From Salpingoeca rosetta (taxonomy: Eukaryota > Protista > Choanoflagellata), in NCBI GenBank assembly GCA_033442325.1, contig JAWQFM010000007.1:1640312-1704311 (forward strand): 64,000 nucleotides of DNA. The letters are read 5' to 3'. Under the pieces are notes generated by a model that saw only the letters and a list, made by a program, of their open reading frames with translations, was not told the DNA's origin and ran no database searches. The number at the start of each line of letters is the position of its first letter. Within the stretch, counting starts at the first letter, position 1. The translations under genes and the position numbers were made by a program. Positions 1 to 21,637 of this stretch are shown here, piece after piece.

Positions 1-177
1 TGTGGCTTCTGTCGAGTAGACAACATCATTATTATCACATTCATCGATCGTGCAACTGGATCGTGCCTTCTTCAGACATTCCCCCCCTCCTCCGCTTCAG
101 CGCATCTTTGCTTCCCCCTTCTTCATCCCAGCAGTGGACACGGGTGTACTGGTACACTATCGACCATAGCCACCATC

Positions 178-2131
178 ATGACCCAGATGAAGCCGACCAC
201 CAAACCAAGGCGCCGAAGCATCAGAGAGGTGAGCGCGCCCACGCCGGCCTGGTGTTGCCGCACAGACACAATAGGGGGGGGGGGAGAGTGTGTGTGTGTG
301 TGTGAACATAACACATGTGCGCGCCTGTCGACAAGTTCGTGTTGTTGCCACGCGAGTAGTCGCGGAGGTGGCGCCATCCAACTGCTGGATACTTTGTGGG
401 CGCCATCATCTCTCTCTCTCTCTCTCTCTCTCCCTCTCTCCCTCTCTCCCTCTGTGACCACAATAACACATTCGCGCGTGCTCGTGTACGGCCCTGCGCG
501 CGCTTTCTCATTTCCGCAATCGACTCTCTCTTCCCCATCTTGTTCAGGTGTTTGAGGCACGTCTTGGACGAAGCAGAACCACCGGCAGAAGAGCTAGCAC
601 AGGCAGCCACACCGGTCGCAGCAGCGATGGCGCGGACCACAACAACAACAGCCCCACCACCAACAACACTACCACCACCACCACCAACAACAACAACAAC
701 GACACCATCAACAACGGCGTAACGAGGAGTGCAAGAAGAAGTACAAGCGACAGGAGTGATCGGCTAGGCATCGACAGGAATTGGCGCCAACCAGGCCCTC
801 CCACAACCATAACCACCAGCACCAGCACCAGCACCACAGGAAGAGCAACAGGCGTGCCAACAGCAGCAGCAGCAGCTGCTGCTGCTACAGAAAACACACA
901 AGCTGCATTGGCAACAACCCGGGCCTTGACAACCGAAGAAGGGGACTTGACCCCGAAACGTGCGCACATGTCTGTGTCTGCACTCTCCAGTCGGCCACGT
1001 CCACCGGCTCTCGCGCTTGTGCCGCTGGAGTTGACAACGCCGCGCCACAAGGTCCAGGCACGCATGCACCCCTTGCCCGGTTTGGGTGACAGCAGGCTCG
1101 CTGCGTCTCCTGCAAGTACACCAGCAACCACCCCAACACTAGGATCAGCTACCCCAGCAACCGTAACAGCAACAGAAGCAACAGTCGAAGCATCATCGGC
1201 AGTCGCATCATCAGCTTCATCGTCTTCAACGTCGACAGCAGCAGGAGCAGCAACAGCAACACCAGGCGCACGCTCGCAACACCACAAGATCACTGTCCGT
1301 ATGGCTGATGCGTCCTTGCTCACCCGGCGCATGCGGTACAAGCGCAGCGTCAGCCTGGGCGATGTTCCGCTCGCCAGAGCACAGACACCAAAGCCCCTCT
1401 CGCTGCAGAACAAGCCTGGCCGTGTGACAAAGGCAAGCAGCGTCAGCACGGCCCAAGCTGCACCATCGCAGGTTTCGGGTGCCTCATTCAAGCCGTCGTC
1501 CTCCAATCCCGCCACTGCCGCCACGACAGCCGCCGCTGCCAGCACGTCAGCAGGCAACCGCAGCGTGTTCTTTCCAACACCATCACCGTCTTCGACCTCG
1601 TCGCCGTCTGCATCTCTATTGCCGTTTCCACTCAAGCAAGCGCCTTCGGCATCGTCCCATCGATCAACCACAACTCACACAGCAACCTTGTACCCGGTGG
1701 CCATCAAATTTCCTGAAGCCCAACAATGTGTGATTGGTGTTGTTGATTGGTTTTGCTGCGTCGCATACTTGGTGTGGTCGCGTCGGCACGTGTGTCTTCT
1801 ACTTGTCGATATTTAGTGTACTGTGTCTCGTGGGCGCACTGGTATTGCTCACTCGCTGCTGTTGGCTTTGCATGTGTTGTGTGTGTGTGTGTGCATCCAT
1901 GTGTGTGTGTATCCATGTGTGTGCATGTGCTGCAGACTATCGTGTGCTTGAGCAACGACTGGCCTCGTGCGAGGTGTCGATCAATGCTCTCAAGATGCAG
2001 CCTTGCATGCCTCCGCGCCTCCGCGCACGCGTGTTCCACTGGCTCGCCGATGTCTGCGATCGCGCGCGCATGACCCTCGACACACTCTTCTTCGCCATCA
2101 CCTACTTTGACACCTACTGCTCAGGTGCGTG

Positions 2132-2204
<73 letters not shown>

Positions 2205-3132
2205 CTGTTGGTGCACTTGTTGCTCACGCCTCACACGCCATTCCTGCTGCACGCGAATGTGCATGTGTTCAGTGCGCCATGGTGCCGTGACGGTCGCCAA
2301 CATGCAGCTGCTGGCCTGCGCCTGCCTGCGCCTTGCCGCCAAGATTGAGGTGCGATTTCTGTCGCAGTGGTATTACCACTGCGCATGCTCGCTACACCCT
2401 CCCGGGGGGGGGAGAGAGAGAGAGTGTGTGTGTGTGTGTGTGTGTGTTTGTGTGACAGTGAAGAGCACTCATCAACACGGTGTCAAACGTGCGCACTCAC
2501 GTATCCATGCGCTTGCATTTGTACACACATACACTCAAACAAACACATACACATACACTCACACTCACACACGTGCGTCAAATAGGAGACGCGTGTGCCG
2601 TCGCTGCGTCTGCTATCGCGCCTGACAGATGGCGCCTGTCAGCCAACGGGCATTGCGCAATTTGAGCTTGACCTTGCTGCGGTGTTGAAATGGCGTTTGA
2701 TCCGCAGCACCCCGCTGCACTGGACCCGTTTCTTCATTGGCGTGGCCCTCGGTGACCCTTCCACGCTAGTGGGCAGCGCCCCGAGCTGTGTCGACCCGGC
2801 CTGGCTCTTCCGCTCCTGCCAGGTAGAGGGTGTGGGTGTGTGGGTGTGTGAAGGTGTGTGTGTGTGTGTGTGTGAAGGCAGGTGTGAACGTGTGTGCATG
2901 TGTGTACATACACATGCGTGTGAACCAGAGGGAATGGCATCGGTTCTTCCCTTCTCACCTCTTCCACCTCCACCTCCGACTGCTGCGCGATACGTGAACA
3001 GGTGCTGCAGCTGGCCATGTCCGATGCGTGGGCGCTGCGCTTTGATGCGCGCCAGATGGCCGCCGCCGCCGTCCTCCTCTCCGCCACCCGCCCCATCGAC
3101 ATCCTCGCCGTCACAGGTAGAGAGAGAGAGAG

Positions 3133-3169
<37 letters not shown>

Positions 3170-4304
3170 CTGTGTGTGTGTGTGCCTGTGTGTATGTGTG
3201 TATGTGTGTATGTGTGTATGTGTGTGTGTGTGTCGATATCACCTCGCACCGTCGCCCTCATCACTCATGCTCGCATCATGCCCGCACGCTGCACATGATA
3301 CCCTTCCTTGCTTGTGCACGGTTGCAGGGCTTGACAAGTGCGCCTTGAGGACGTGTTTGCGCTGGATGCACTGCTTTGCACGTGTCATCAGTGAACAGGA
3401 GGCGTTTCCTTCCACCCTCACCCGCGTCCTGGTGCGACACCGCAATCCCCGCACATGCTCACTGGTCTCCGTGTTGCGCACTGTGCGCATGTGTGCACTC
3501 TGTGTGTGTGCGTGCGTGTGTGTGTGTGTGTGTGTGCGTGTGTGTGCGTGTGTGCGTGCGTGCGTGTGTGCGTGTGTGCGTGTGTGCGTGTGTGTGTGTG
3601 TGTGACACGTGACTGCAAGCCTTTCCCCTCACATGTTTGTGTTTCTGTTGTGCTTGTCAGGATGAGCCAGGGCGCGTGCACTGCGTCACTTGGATCAGCA
3701 CTGCCACAACCCTCCGCAAGGTGTGCGTGTGTGTGTGTGTGTGTGTGTAAGAGTGGGTGGGTGCAGGGCAAGTAGTGAGCGCTCTGACTCACCTTGTATC
3801 ACGCCCTCCTTCACACAGGCACAGGCCCTTGTGAAGACTGCGTTTCGGCAAGAGCCGCAGGCTTGTCCGCCCGCCAACAGCAGGGAGCCTGGTCTGCCGA
3901 CAACCAGCACAGTACTCGTCAGAAGCACGCCTCCAGTCAAGCGCGTCGCTGCGTGCGGTGTTGTTGGCGGTGGGGATGGCGCTGCCAACAGTGCGCTTGA
4001 CGAAGAGGTGCAGGCTGCTTTCAGCCAACCGGACGCGAGCGAGGAAGGTGTGGGCGTGGCAGCGACAGCATCGGCGGTCTCGACAGCACCTGCGCGCGCC
4101 ATCGCAGTTGGTTTCTGCCATGATGGAAGCAGTTGTGGGGCAAGTGGCCTCAAGCAACGAGGGGCGCTGGTGAGACAGCGTGCCAGTGCCCTGAGCAGCA
4201 CAGCGAGCAGCAGCGCCAGCAGCGACAACGAAGGCGATGATGATGAAGACGACGACACGGATGATGACGACGCACTGCTGGTTCGCGCTGCAGGTTCACA
4301 CTGA
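178..4304 (+). CDS. Cyclin E-like protein (multi-exon; long low-complexity N-terminus, then cyclin box)
   Basis: Exon 1 178-228 (MTQMKP...IRE|gtgagc) splices in frame to the 548-1727 exon. The cyclin box is on exons from 1936: RLRARVFHWLADVC...FFAITYFDTY, MQLLACACLRLAAKIEE, LTDGAC...ELDLAAVLKWRL, CLRWMHCFARVI. TDGAC, LKWRL and CxxWM are cyclin E-type features. Stop TGA at 4302-4304. The 3' exon joins are less certain. Confidence 0.8.
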
Positions 4305-4823
4305 CGCCAGAATACTGCCCGTCATGTGTGTGTGTGTGTGTGTGTGTCAACGTGTGTGTGTGCGTGTCCTTCCTTGCACATGCATCGCTTTGCACGTGTG
4401 CGTGTGTGTGTGTGTGTCTGCGTATGCGCGTGCTCGCCACTTGGCTCCAAGCAAACAATGTCTAACATAAAATAAAGTACAGATCTATTGAACTGAACAC
4501 GACAACTTGCTGTATTGGGATCAATATGAGAATGATACACGGCTTGTGGCACTCACATCAGTGCGCATACACTCAAGCAGAAAGAAGTTAACGAAGTAAC
4601 AACAAGGGGTTTATTGTAATTCCGTTACACACACACTGACGGGGGCTCACCTTGATGTCCCCAAGTTCCCCAAAACGCTCATCCCACAAATATAAAGCAC
4701 AAACGCCGCGCTGAAGAGCACGGGCACAAACACACAAATAGACAAACACACGAACAGACACAGACTCGCAAACAAACCCCCACAAACGCACGCAAAGCAT
4801 AATAAGCCTTCTCTTCTTCAATC

Positions 4824-5036
4824 CTATGCGTCTTCTTCAAGGTCGCGGTTGCTTCGTCGCTGCCATGCAGGGGGTTGGCTCGTGTCCTCCAGCATCTTGT
4901 CCTTTCGAAAGTACTCCTCCGCCTGTGTTCCGAGAAACCCAATGAGGATGGTCCCTGGCAGCAACAGTACCTTTGTTGCCCGCGTCACTACCACCCGCAG
5001 CGGTCCGACGGCCCCCAGCACTCGAATCCACCACAT
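4824..5036 (-). CDS. SMIM12 (UPF0767)-like 70-aa small membrane protein, single exon
   Basis: MWW...LLLPGTILIGFLGTQAEEYFRK...AWQRRSNRDLEE resembles the SMIM12 pattern (MW...PVAFVVGAVGYHLEWFIR...ERREDRKLDE). One hydrophobic segment, a true ATG, no microsatellite content. Confidence 0.6.
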   Translation of the reverse strand: MWWIRVLGAVGPLRVVVTRATKVLLLPGTILIGFLGTQAEEYFRKDKMLEDTSQPPAWQRRSNRDLEEDA

Positions 5037-5353
5037 TGTTAGGTGTGTGTATGTGTGTGAGTGTTACGTGTGCGTGTGTGTGTGTGTGTTACGTGTGTGT
5101 GTTTGTGAGTGAATGTGTGAGAGAAAGAGACAGAGACAGAGAACGGGAGGGAGAGCGAGAGGGAGAGAGGGAGAGAGGGAGAGAGGGAGAGAGGGAGAGA
5201 GGGAGGAGAGGGGGTGCGCGATATTGTGTGTGTGTGTGTGTGTGCGTGTGTGTGTGCAGAGGCAGTCCAGCCAGTCGTTCGTTTGTTGTCTTGTGCCTTC
5301 TTGCTTGTCGCAACAGCCAGCAACCAGTCGCGGTTGTAGAAAATTATAGCGAC

Positions 5354-7058
5354 ATGCCCCCAGTTTTCTCCAAACAAGACGACGATGATGATCTCGGAGG
5401 TGCGCGCCGCCCACTGCTTGAACAACATGACTTGAACCAACATCCATGACGACACGCATCACCACCATGACAACACGCATGCATCATGTGCCCTAACCGC
5501 AGTGCCAAGAACACTCGTGACATTCATGCACACGTGCATAGAGCCGTCTTGTTACGCTGTTTTTCTCACGCAAATGCATGCAACTGCCTCGTTCAGAATG
5601 GGCTGGAGGAAGAGCAGTCATACCCAGACGACACTCCCGCGCCAGTGGTGCTGAGGCGCAGGGTGGAGGACGACTTTATTGTGGATTGGGCACACCCGCT
5701 CGGTGCCGGGCGTAACGTCGTCACTTGCCGCCACCGGCGAACACACGAGGTGGCTTGCTGACACGACAAAGTGTGGGAGCGGGATGTGATGCTTGTGGGA
5801 TGATGCAAGCGTGAGCTGACGTTTACGTCACATCACAGCCACTCAACACCCTTGCTGTCGTGACAATGAGCAGCGAGGGCGTTGTCTTAGCATCGCGAGT
5901 GAAGAGCGTCTACTGCTGCAGCTTCTCACTCACTCACGTGTGCTCATTCATGTTGCTTGGCACACCACTCTGACACTGCAGCTCGGGGTCCTCAAGTATA
6001 TGCCCAAATCGGACGTGAGCTTGCACGAAATCTTCATGCTCCACTACTGCACCGTGCACTGTCCTGACCACGTGACGCGGCTCATTGCTGCCTATGAGAA
6101 CGACGTATACTTTGCTGACAACCCGCACAAGCCAGTTCGTTTTCACCTCATCATTCTCGAGTACATGAACGGTGGCACACTATTTGACCACGCTCGACAG
6201 CTCGGCTTTCAGTACACAGAACGCGTTGTCAGGTGTGTATGCGAATGTGAATGTGTGTGTGCACATGTGTGACTGTGTGATTGTGTGCGTGTGTGTGTGC
6301 TTGTGGGTGGACACGTGTGATTTTGTGCACATGTGCGTGTGTGTTTGTGTAAATGTGAACGTGCGTTGTGCGTGTGCGTGTGTGATTGTGTGTGATTGTG
6401 TGTGATTGTGTGTGATTGTGTGCGTGTGTGTGTGCTTGTGGGTGGACACGTGTGATTGTGTGTTTGCGTGCTGCGTGGCATCCTCGCGTGTGAGAGCATC
6501 TCTCCTTCCATGTCTCGCAATGCCTCTCGTTCTTTCTCTCGCTCCCCCCCTCGAAGTACACATCGGGTCACAGCTCTCAAATACGTCCACGGCTTCTTCA
6601 CGCCTGTGGGCTGCTCACGTCATTCTTTTCCTGTCGCACCTTCGACGCCCAACTATCCTCAATTGCAGCAACCTGTTTCGTCAGGTTGTTGAGTGCGTGG
6701 ATAAAATACACTCCTTGAACATCGCCCACCGGTCAGTGCTCATATCATGGCAAGCATGTTGCTCACCCAACGCATCTCGTGAACGCGGCGCCTCCCCTCT
6801 GCTTACTGTGCGTGTTATTACATACGCACACACTGACCTCTGCCACCCTGCCTACATTGCCGGCCACTGGCTCGCTGCACGCTCCCAACAGTGACATCAA
6901 ACCCGAGAACGTGCTGTTGTGCCATGATGGCGACGCAACACGCGTCAAGCTCACCGACATGGCCTTTGCACACTTCGACCGCGGGCACAGCATGGCCAGC
7001 GAGTGTGGTCAGTTGTGGGCACATGCGTATGTGAAAGCATGTGTGTGTGTGTGCATGG

Positions 7059-7110
<52 letters not shown>

Positions 7111-7512
7111 GTGATGCGAAATAATCGTCCGTGTGACCGTTTGCACTGCTACGCTCCCCTGAAATGTCCCTACTTGCTCTGCCGAACCGAACCTGCTCTG
7201 CTCTTTCTGCCCATACCTTCAACCCTGCCCCTTCGCCTCCACACCAACACACCACACCGCGTGCTGCACATGCAGGCACGCCCGAGTATCAGGCGCCGGA
7301 AACACAGATTGATCACCCGCGCGTGAGTCGACGTGGCGGCTTCTACACAAAGGCGTGCGACATCTGGTCTCTCGGTTCGTTGCGCGAATGGGCATGTTGG
7401 CTTCTATGTTCCCTGTTTTTATGTCATGGGACGTTCAGTCTCACACATTGTGAGCGTCCTATTCGCATCCCTCCGTCTATCCCTCTCTCTCTTTGTCACA
7501 CACACACACACA

Positions 7513-7546
<34 letters not shown>

Positions 7547-7909
7547 ATCCCCCCTCTCTCTCTATCCCTCTGTCTTTGTCTCTCACTCACTCACTCTCTC
7601 GCTCATCTCGTGTCGCTCATCTCCAAGCATTGCCCATTGTCACCCGGTGACGACCGTATTGTGCTCACTGCACCACATGTTTTTCACAGGCGTGACGCTG
7701 TATGTGCTGCTCTCCGGCACGTTCCCATTCCAGGGGCAGGACGTGCACTCCAAACTGATACAGGTGTGTGTCGGTGGTGATTTCTTGGACCCATAACACA
7801 CTCACACCAGACAAATAGCAGCACCACATGGCAAACGTTCACTTCCTTCATCCACACACACACACACACACGCACGCAAACACACACACACACACGCGCA
7901 AACACACAC

Positions 7910-7985
<76 letters not shown>

Positions 7986-9193
7986 GCACGCACCAACACC
8001 AACACCAACACCAACAACATGCCCCGCCTTCAATAAACGCATGCGTGCTCTTCTGGTCTTCGTGTCTGTCTCATCGCTTTTGCAAGGATTATTCGTTCCC
8101 ACCGGAGGCGTGGGATGATGTGAGCCAGCGTGCACAGGCGTTCACGTCAACGCTGCTCTGTGCACCGCCGCGACTGCGCCCGACAACTGCACGGCTGCTC
8201 GACCACCCCTGGCTTTGCGATCCTGACACCCTCAACAACGCCACGCTCAGGTGCGCAGTTGTCCCGCTGTTCACGTTCTGTGTTGATTCTATTGCTTTGT
8301 AGCCAAGCAGCCACCGATATCACAAACTACATGCACGTCGACACATATACAGACACACACAGGCCCACACGCACGCACGCATGCATGCACGCACGCATCC
8401 GCACCTTGCACACGTTCGTGCGTTCACCCCACCCCATTCATGCACGTGCTTTGCAGTGCTGTTGAGCGCCTCGGCGCACCGCTGAGACGGCCGAGCATTT
8501 GGAGAGAGGAGCAAGGGCAAGGCGAGGGCGGTGCGTTGGTTGGAGACGCGCGTGTTGCCAGGGGTGATGACGATGGTGGCGATGATGGTGATGCTCATCA
8601 TGTGAATGAGTGTAGTGAAGGTGGTGATAGTGGCGATGGTGGCATTACGCAGCGGAGACAGCAGCGACGTCGAACGCTTCATACCCCAAAGGCGCCATTC
8701 GTCACCATGGCAGCAAGCACTGTACGTTGTGTTTGTGTGTGGTGTGTGCGTGTTTGTTTGTTTGTTCGTGTGTTTGTGTTTGTGTGTGTGTGTGTGTGTG
8801 TCTACTTGTTCGTTTGTGCATTTTTTGTTCTCGTTTGCTTGTTTGTTTGTTTGTGTTTGTTTGTTTGGCTGGCTGGTTGGTTGAGTGCGCGTCACCGATC
8901 GCATATCGCCACGTGTGTGAGTGGTCCCGTATTGCTTTCGCCAACCGAATGTGCGCTTTGCGTCATGCGTTCGACAGCAACCGCCCTCCCGCCAATCGTC
9001 ACAAGACCGCCTCAGTCTGCCAGCAAAGTGCGTTGCTCATTTTGCTCCTCGCGTGTCGTCATGCTGTGCTGTGATGTGCGTTGTGGGATATGCTGTTGTT
9101 TGCTGCCAAGCTGTGATCTTTGCGTGCATCCCTCCACTCACACACATGAACATCTTTGTCGTGCAGATCACGGGCTGCCCAAGTTGCGCGTGA
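5354..9193 (+). CDS. CAMK-group Ser/Thr kinase, MAPKAPK5/PRAK-like, with atypical DFG motif
   Basis: Stitched exons give [40 protein letters not shown]|[38 protein letters not shown]|[25 protein letters not shown]...[13 protein letters not shown]. Start (5354) and stop (9193) are tentative. Confidence 0.8.
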
Positions 9194-10160
9194 AGCGAGT
9201 GTTGGCACCATGCACACAAACTCCCACGTCATCGACACGACACTGGTGGGGGCAAGTGGAAGAAGCAACAGGGCGCTTCTGCAACACACACGTGCATGTT
9301 ATCATGCGTTTCTCTAGGTGCCGCCTTCACATATGCACACACACACACGCACTCACTCACTCACTAACGCACACGCACACACATGCACACGCTCATGCTG
9401 GCAGGTTGATACGTGTGATTTCTGGGAGTCGCCCGTCACGACCGCGTCTATTGACGAATGAAGCTTTGGTGACTTGTATTCCTTTGTCATCTCGTGGGGG
9501 TGTCTGCTCGACGTTAACCGTTCTGTAACCGACGCCACGCGCACGCATAAACGTACACACATCGGTGCGTGGAGGTGAAGATAGAAGCAAGGCAGGGAAT
9601 TCAACCACACACAGGCACACACGCACACACACACACACACGCACTTCTGTGTCAAATCGTTCACCATCACGTGTTCCGCTCATCTGGATTGTTTAGACAG
9701 AGGGTGTTGCTAGCATGAAAGCAGAAAGGGGCGCTGGGAGAGGGCAAATACGCACACGCACGAAAGTGCGGTCAGGATATGCAAGGACAACAAGAAGCAG
9801 CAGCAACAGCACAAGTGCAAGGAAGAACTCAAGATGGCGAGAGGCGAGAAGGAAGCCGAGGCGGCCAGGGCTGATACGAGCAAGCCTGAAGAAACTGGCT
9901 GAAAATGGAGAACCCCATTTCAAATCAGCGCTGGTGATGGACCAAACAACCAACCAACCAGCCAACTAAAGCCACAACACATCAAATCACGCACGCAGAG
10001 CGGTTGAGAAAGCGGTGGAGCAAAGCAGGAAGCAGAAGGAGAGAAAAGATGAAAGAGGCGGGGATGGGGCGAGACGCGTTCACGCATATCCCTTCCCCAC
10101 GTGCGTCTCTCCCTTTGTTGGGCTTCATCGGCAGTTCGTGTGGAGACAAAAGAGGATCAG

Positions 10161-11565
10161 TTAGGCCTGCTGCTCGCTTTGACCATCGCCTGAACTGGCG
10201 GGAGACGAGGGCGATGAGTGCTGTGCTGCGTCGCATATGGACGATGTGCCACAATGGGGGCACACGCGAGGCTGGTCCAGCTGCTGTTCCAGCTGACGTA
10301 CCCGCGCCGTCAACAGCTCAACCTCTGTCAAGTGTGCGTGTGTGCGTTCCATTGTGTTGTGTTAATGGGCAGTTGCTCGCTTGTGGGAAGAAAGCACGCG
10401 CGAGACAGGGGGGGGGAGAGAGAGACAGAGAGAGAGACAGAGAGACAGAGAGACAGAGAGAGAGACAGAGACAGAGAGAGACAGAGAGACAGAGAGACAG
10501 AGAGAGAGAGAGAGAGGACGCATGGACGCGCAGTATGCTTCGGTGAACGCCACCATCGACAGCAATGTCAGCAGCGTCATGATGCACGGCTGCACACTTA
10601 CTCTGTTCGTACTGCTTGAGCAGACGCTCTCGCTCTTCCATCTCCTGCTTCTTCTTAATCCGGCATTTACGCACTGCCTCGTTGTTCCGCGCGCGCTTGA
10701 GGCGGTAGGCCTCCTCTGCAGCCGTATGTGACGGCACCTGTGTTTTACGCCTTCGATTCGCCTTGGACGAGCTGCCCGTGGGTGGTGTTGCAGAGGTGGT
10801 GGCAGAAGAGGTGGCCACGTCTTGGGTTGGCGTGGCGGGCTCTGCAGGGGAGACGGACGGTCCGGGCGAGTTTGATGGATTCGAGATGGGCTTGACGCCC
10901 TCAACGCAAGGGTCCGGCATTGGTGCCGTTGCTGCAGTGGATGCAGTGGCGGTACCGGCGTCAACGGTGGCTGTTGTTGTTGTTGCTGTTGTTGTTGCCG
11001 TCGTCGCCATCCGATTTGAACGCTTTGAAGCACCGCGCGCTGCCCGCGGCGCCCGCTTTGCACGGCGGCCATCGCGCTTGTGCGGTTTGCTCGACTTGGA
11101 CGCCATTGTCTCAGCAGGGGTGGTCGACGGCTGCTGCTGCTGTGGCTGTGGCTGCTGCTGCTGCTGTGGCTGTGGCTGCTGCTGTTGCATGGATTGCCAG
11201 TGGTGCAGGTACTGGAGATGGTGAAGGTACGACGCTGCCTGCGCATCAAGTTGAAGCCCAGCTGCGGCCATATGCGGGGGATAGGCCTGGCCCATGAAGC
11301 CAGGCTGTGACACCAAGTTCTGGTGGGGCGGCAGGGAAGACATCATCTTCGTTGAGGTTGGTCCGAGGCCAACAGGAACCGCCTGGGCTGGCGCGGGTGC
11401 GTGGTGGTGGTGTTTGGGTGGTTGGGGTGTCGACGCAGTTCCAACCTGAGGTGCCACACGGGCCTGGTGTGCTACCTTGGCCATCTCAAGCAGGGCACCC
11501 GCAGTGTCGTAATCACACGCAGACGGTGCCGCTGTCGTTGTTGTGACGGTGACAGCCGTTGACAT
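10161..11565 (-). CDS. C/EBP-like bZIP transcription factor (2 exons)
   Basis: Basic region AYRLKRARNNEAVRKCR. An intron (about 10601-10327; gtaagt...ttgacag) joins it to the zipper YEQKVELLTARVRQLEQQL. Q/H-rich N-terminal region. Confidence 0.85.
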
Positions 11566-11891
11566 GCTGTTGCTGCTTGTATGTAGTGCTGTTGTTCAGA
11601 AGAGAAGGTGAAGGTGGCAAAGCAGGTAATGCTTGAAGAATGGATGCTTCGCTGGCAAGGGGTTGCGCGGTGGCTGCTGCGCGGTGGTGGTAATGCGTGA
11701 GGGCGTGAACGTTGGCTCGTGTCGTAAGTGCTGTGGCTGCTGCTGTTGGGTGTTGTTGTTGCAGCGATCTTCGCGCTGATGACACAACACGCAGAATGTG
11801 TGAATTTGGGTGGATTGCGACACTCTTCGCCACGATTGCACAATGATTTCCCGCCGCGCAACTTTCAAACGCTTGTCAAAGTTTTGGTTGG

Positions 11892-11987
<96 letters not shown>

Positions 11988-12319
11988 GTGTGTGTGTGAG
12001 TGCGTGTTTGTTTGTTTGTTTTGTGCATGTGTTTGCTTGTTTGGAGTCTCACATCACCTCTTCTCTCACCAAGTCTCAGAAGTCTCTCTCACATCACTCT
12101 ACACTACTACATATCACCAATCCACACACTCACACACTCACACACACTCTCTCATTCATTGCTTTGCTCATTGTATTCTCGACGCTTGGACAAGTGCTGC
12201 CATCACCCTTCCTTAGCGCAGCAACGCAGCAAAAGACATCCCCGTCTTGGTGCCATGCAATGTGTAATGCAATGTAATGTACTTGTAACGTCAACAACAA
12301 AATGTAATAACGGGCACGC

Positions 12320-18691
<6,372 letters not shown>

Positions 18692-18760
18692 CTTCGTTGG
18701 TGGTCTTGTGTCTTCGTGTCTGTTTTGTGTGTGGTGTGTGTGTGTGCGTGCGTGCGTGTG

Positions 18761-18816
<56 letters not shown>

Positions 18817-19259
18817 GTGTGTGTGTGTGTGCGTGCGTGTGTGTGTGTGCGTGTGTGTGTTGTTGTTATTGTTGTTGTTTTTGATGTTGATGTGTATGTT
18901 GTGTGTGTGCGTGCGTTGTGTGTGTGTGTCAGTGGCAGGCAAGCGTCACACTGTTTACACGCTTCGTGCGATCAATATGTCGCACGCATCATCACATCGC
19001 GTCCATTAGAAAGCAGGCAAGAAACAAAGGGAGCAAAGGAAGCATTGTTGCTGCTGAGCACCATGCATGCATGGCAGTCACAGAATCGAGGAGCCACGAC
19101 CGATCACAGACGTCCACGTGGTAGTGTCACACCCACGCACAGATAAACGCATATCGCACCACTTGAACGCCCATTCGCATCGCGATTCCCGCCCTCACAC
19201 ACACACGCACACACACACACGCACATCTACACACACACGCACACATGTATTCTTGTGGA

Positions 19260-21637
<2,378 letters not shown>

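Noticed and set aside
123-221. Minus-strand signal-peptide-like ORF MLRRLGLVVGFIWVMMVAM
   Set aside because: It stops after 32 codons and is antisense to the cyclin first exon, which splices cleanly in frame.
544-1671. 375-aa minus-strand ORF
   Set aside because: Antisense shadow of the GC-rich, low-complexity cyclin exon; no recognisable domain.
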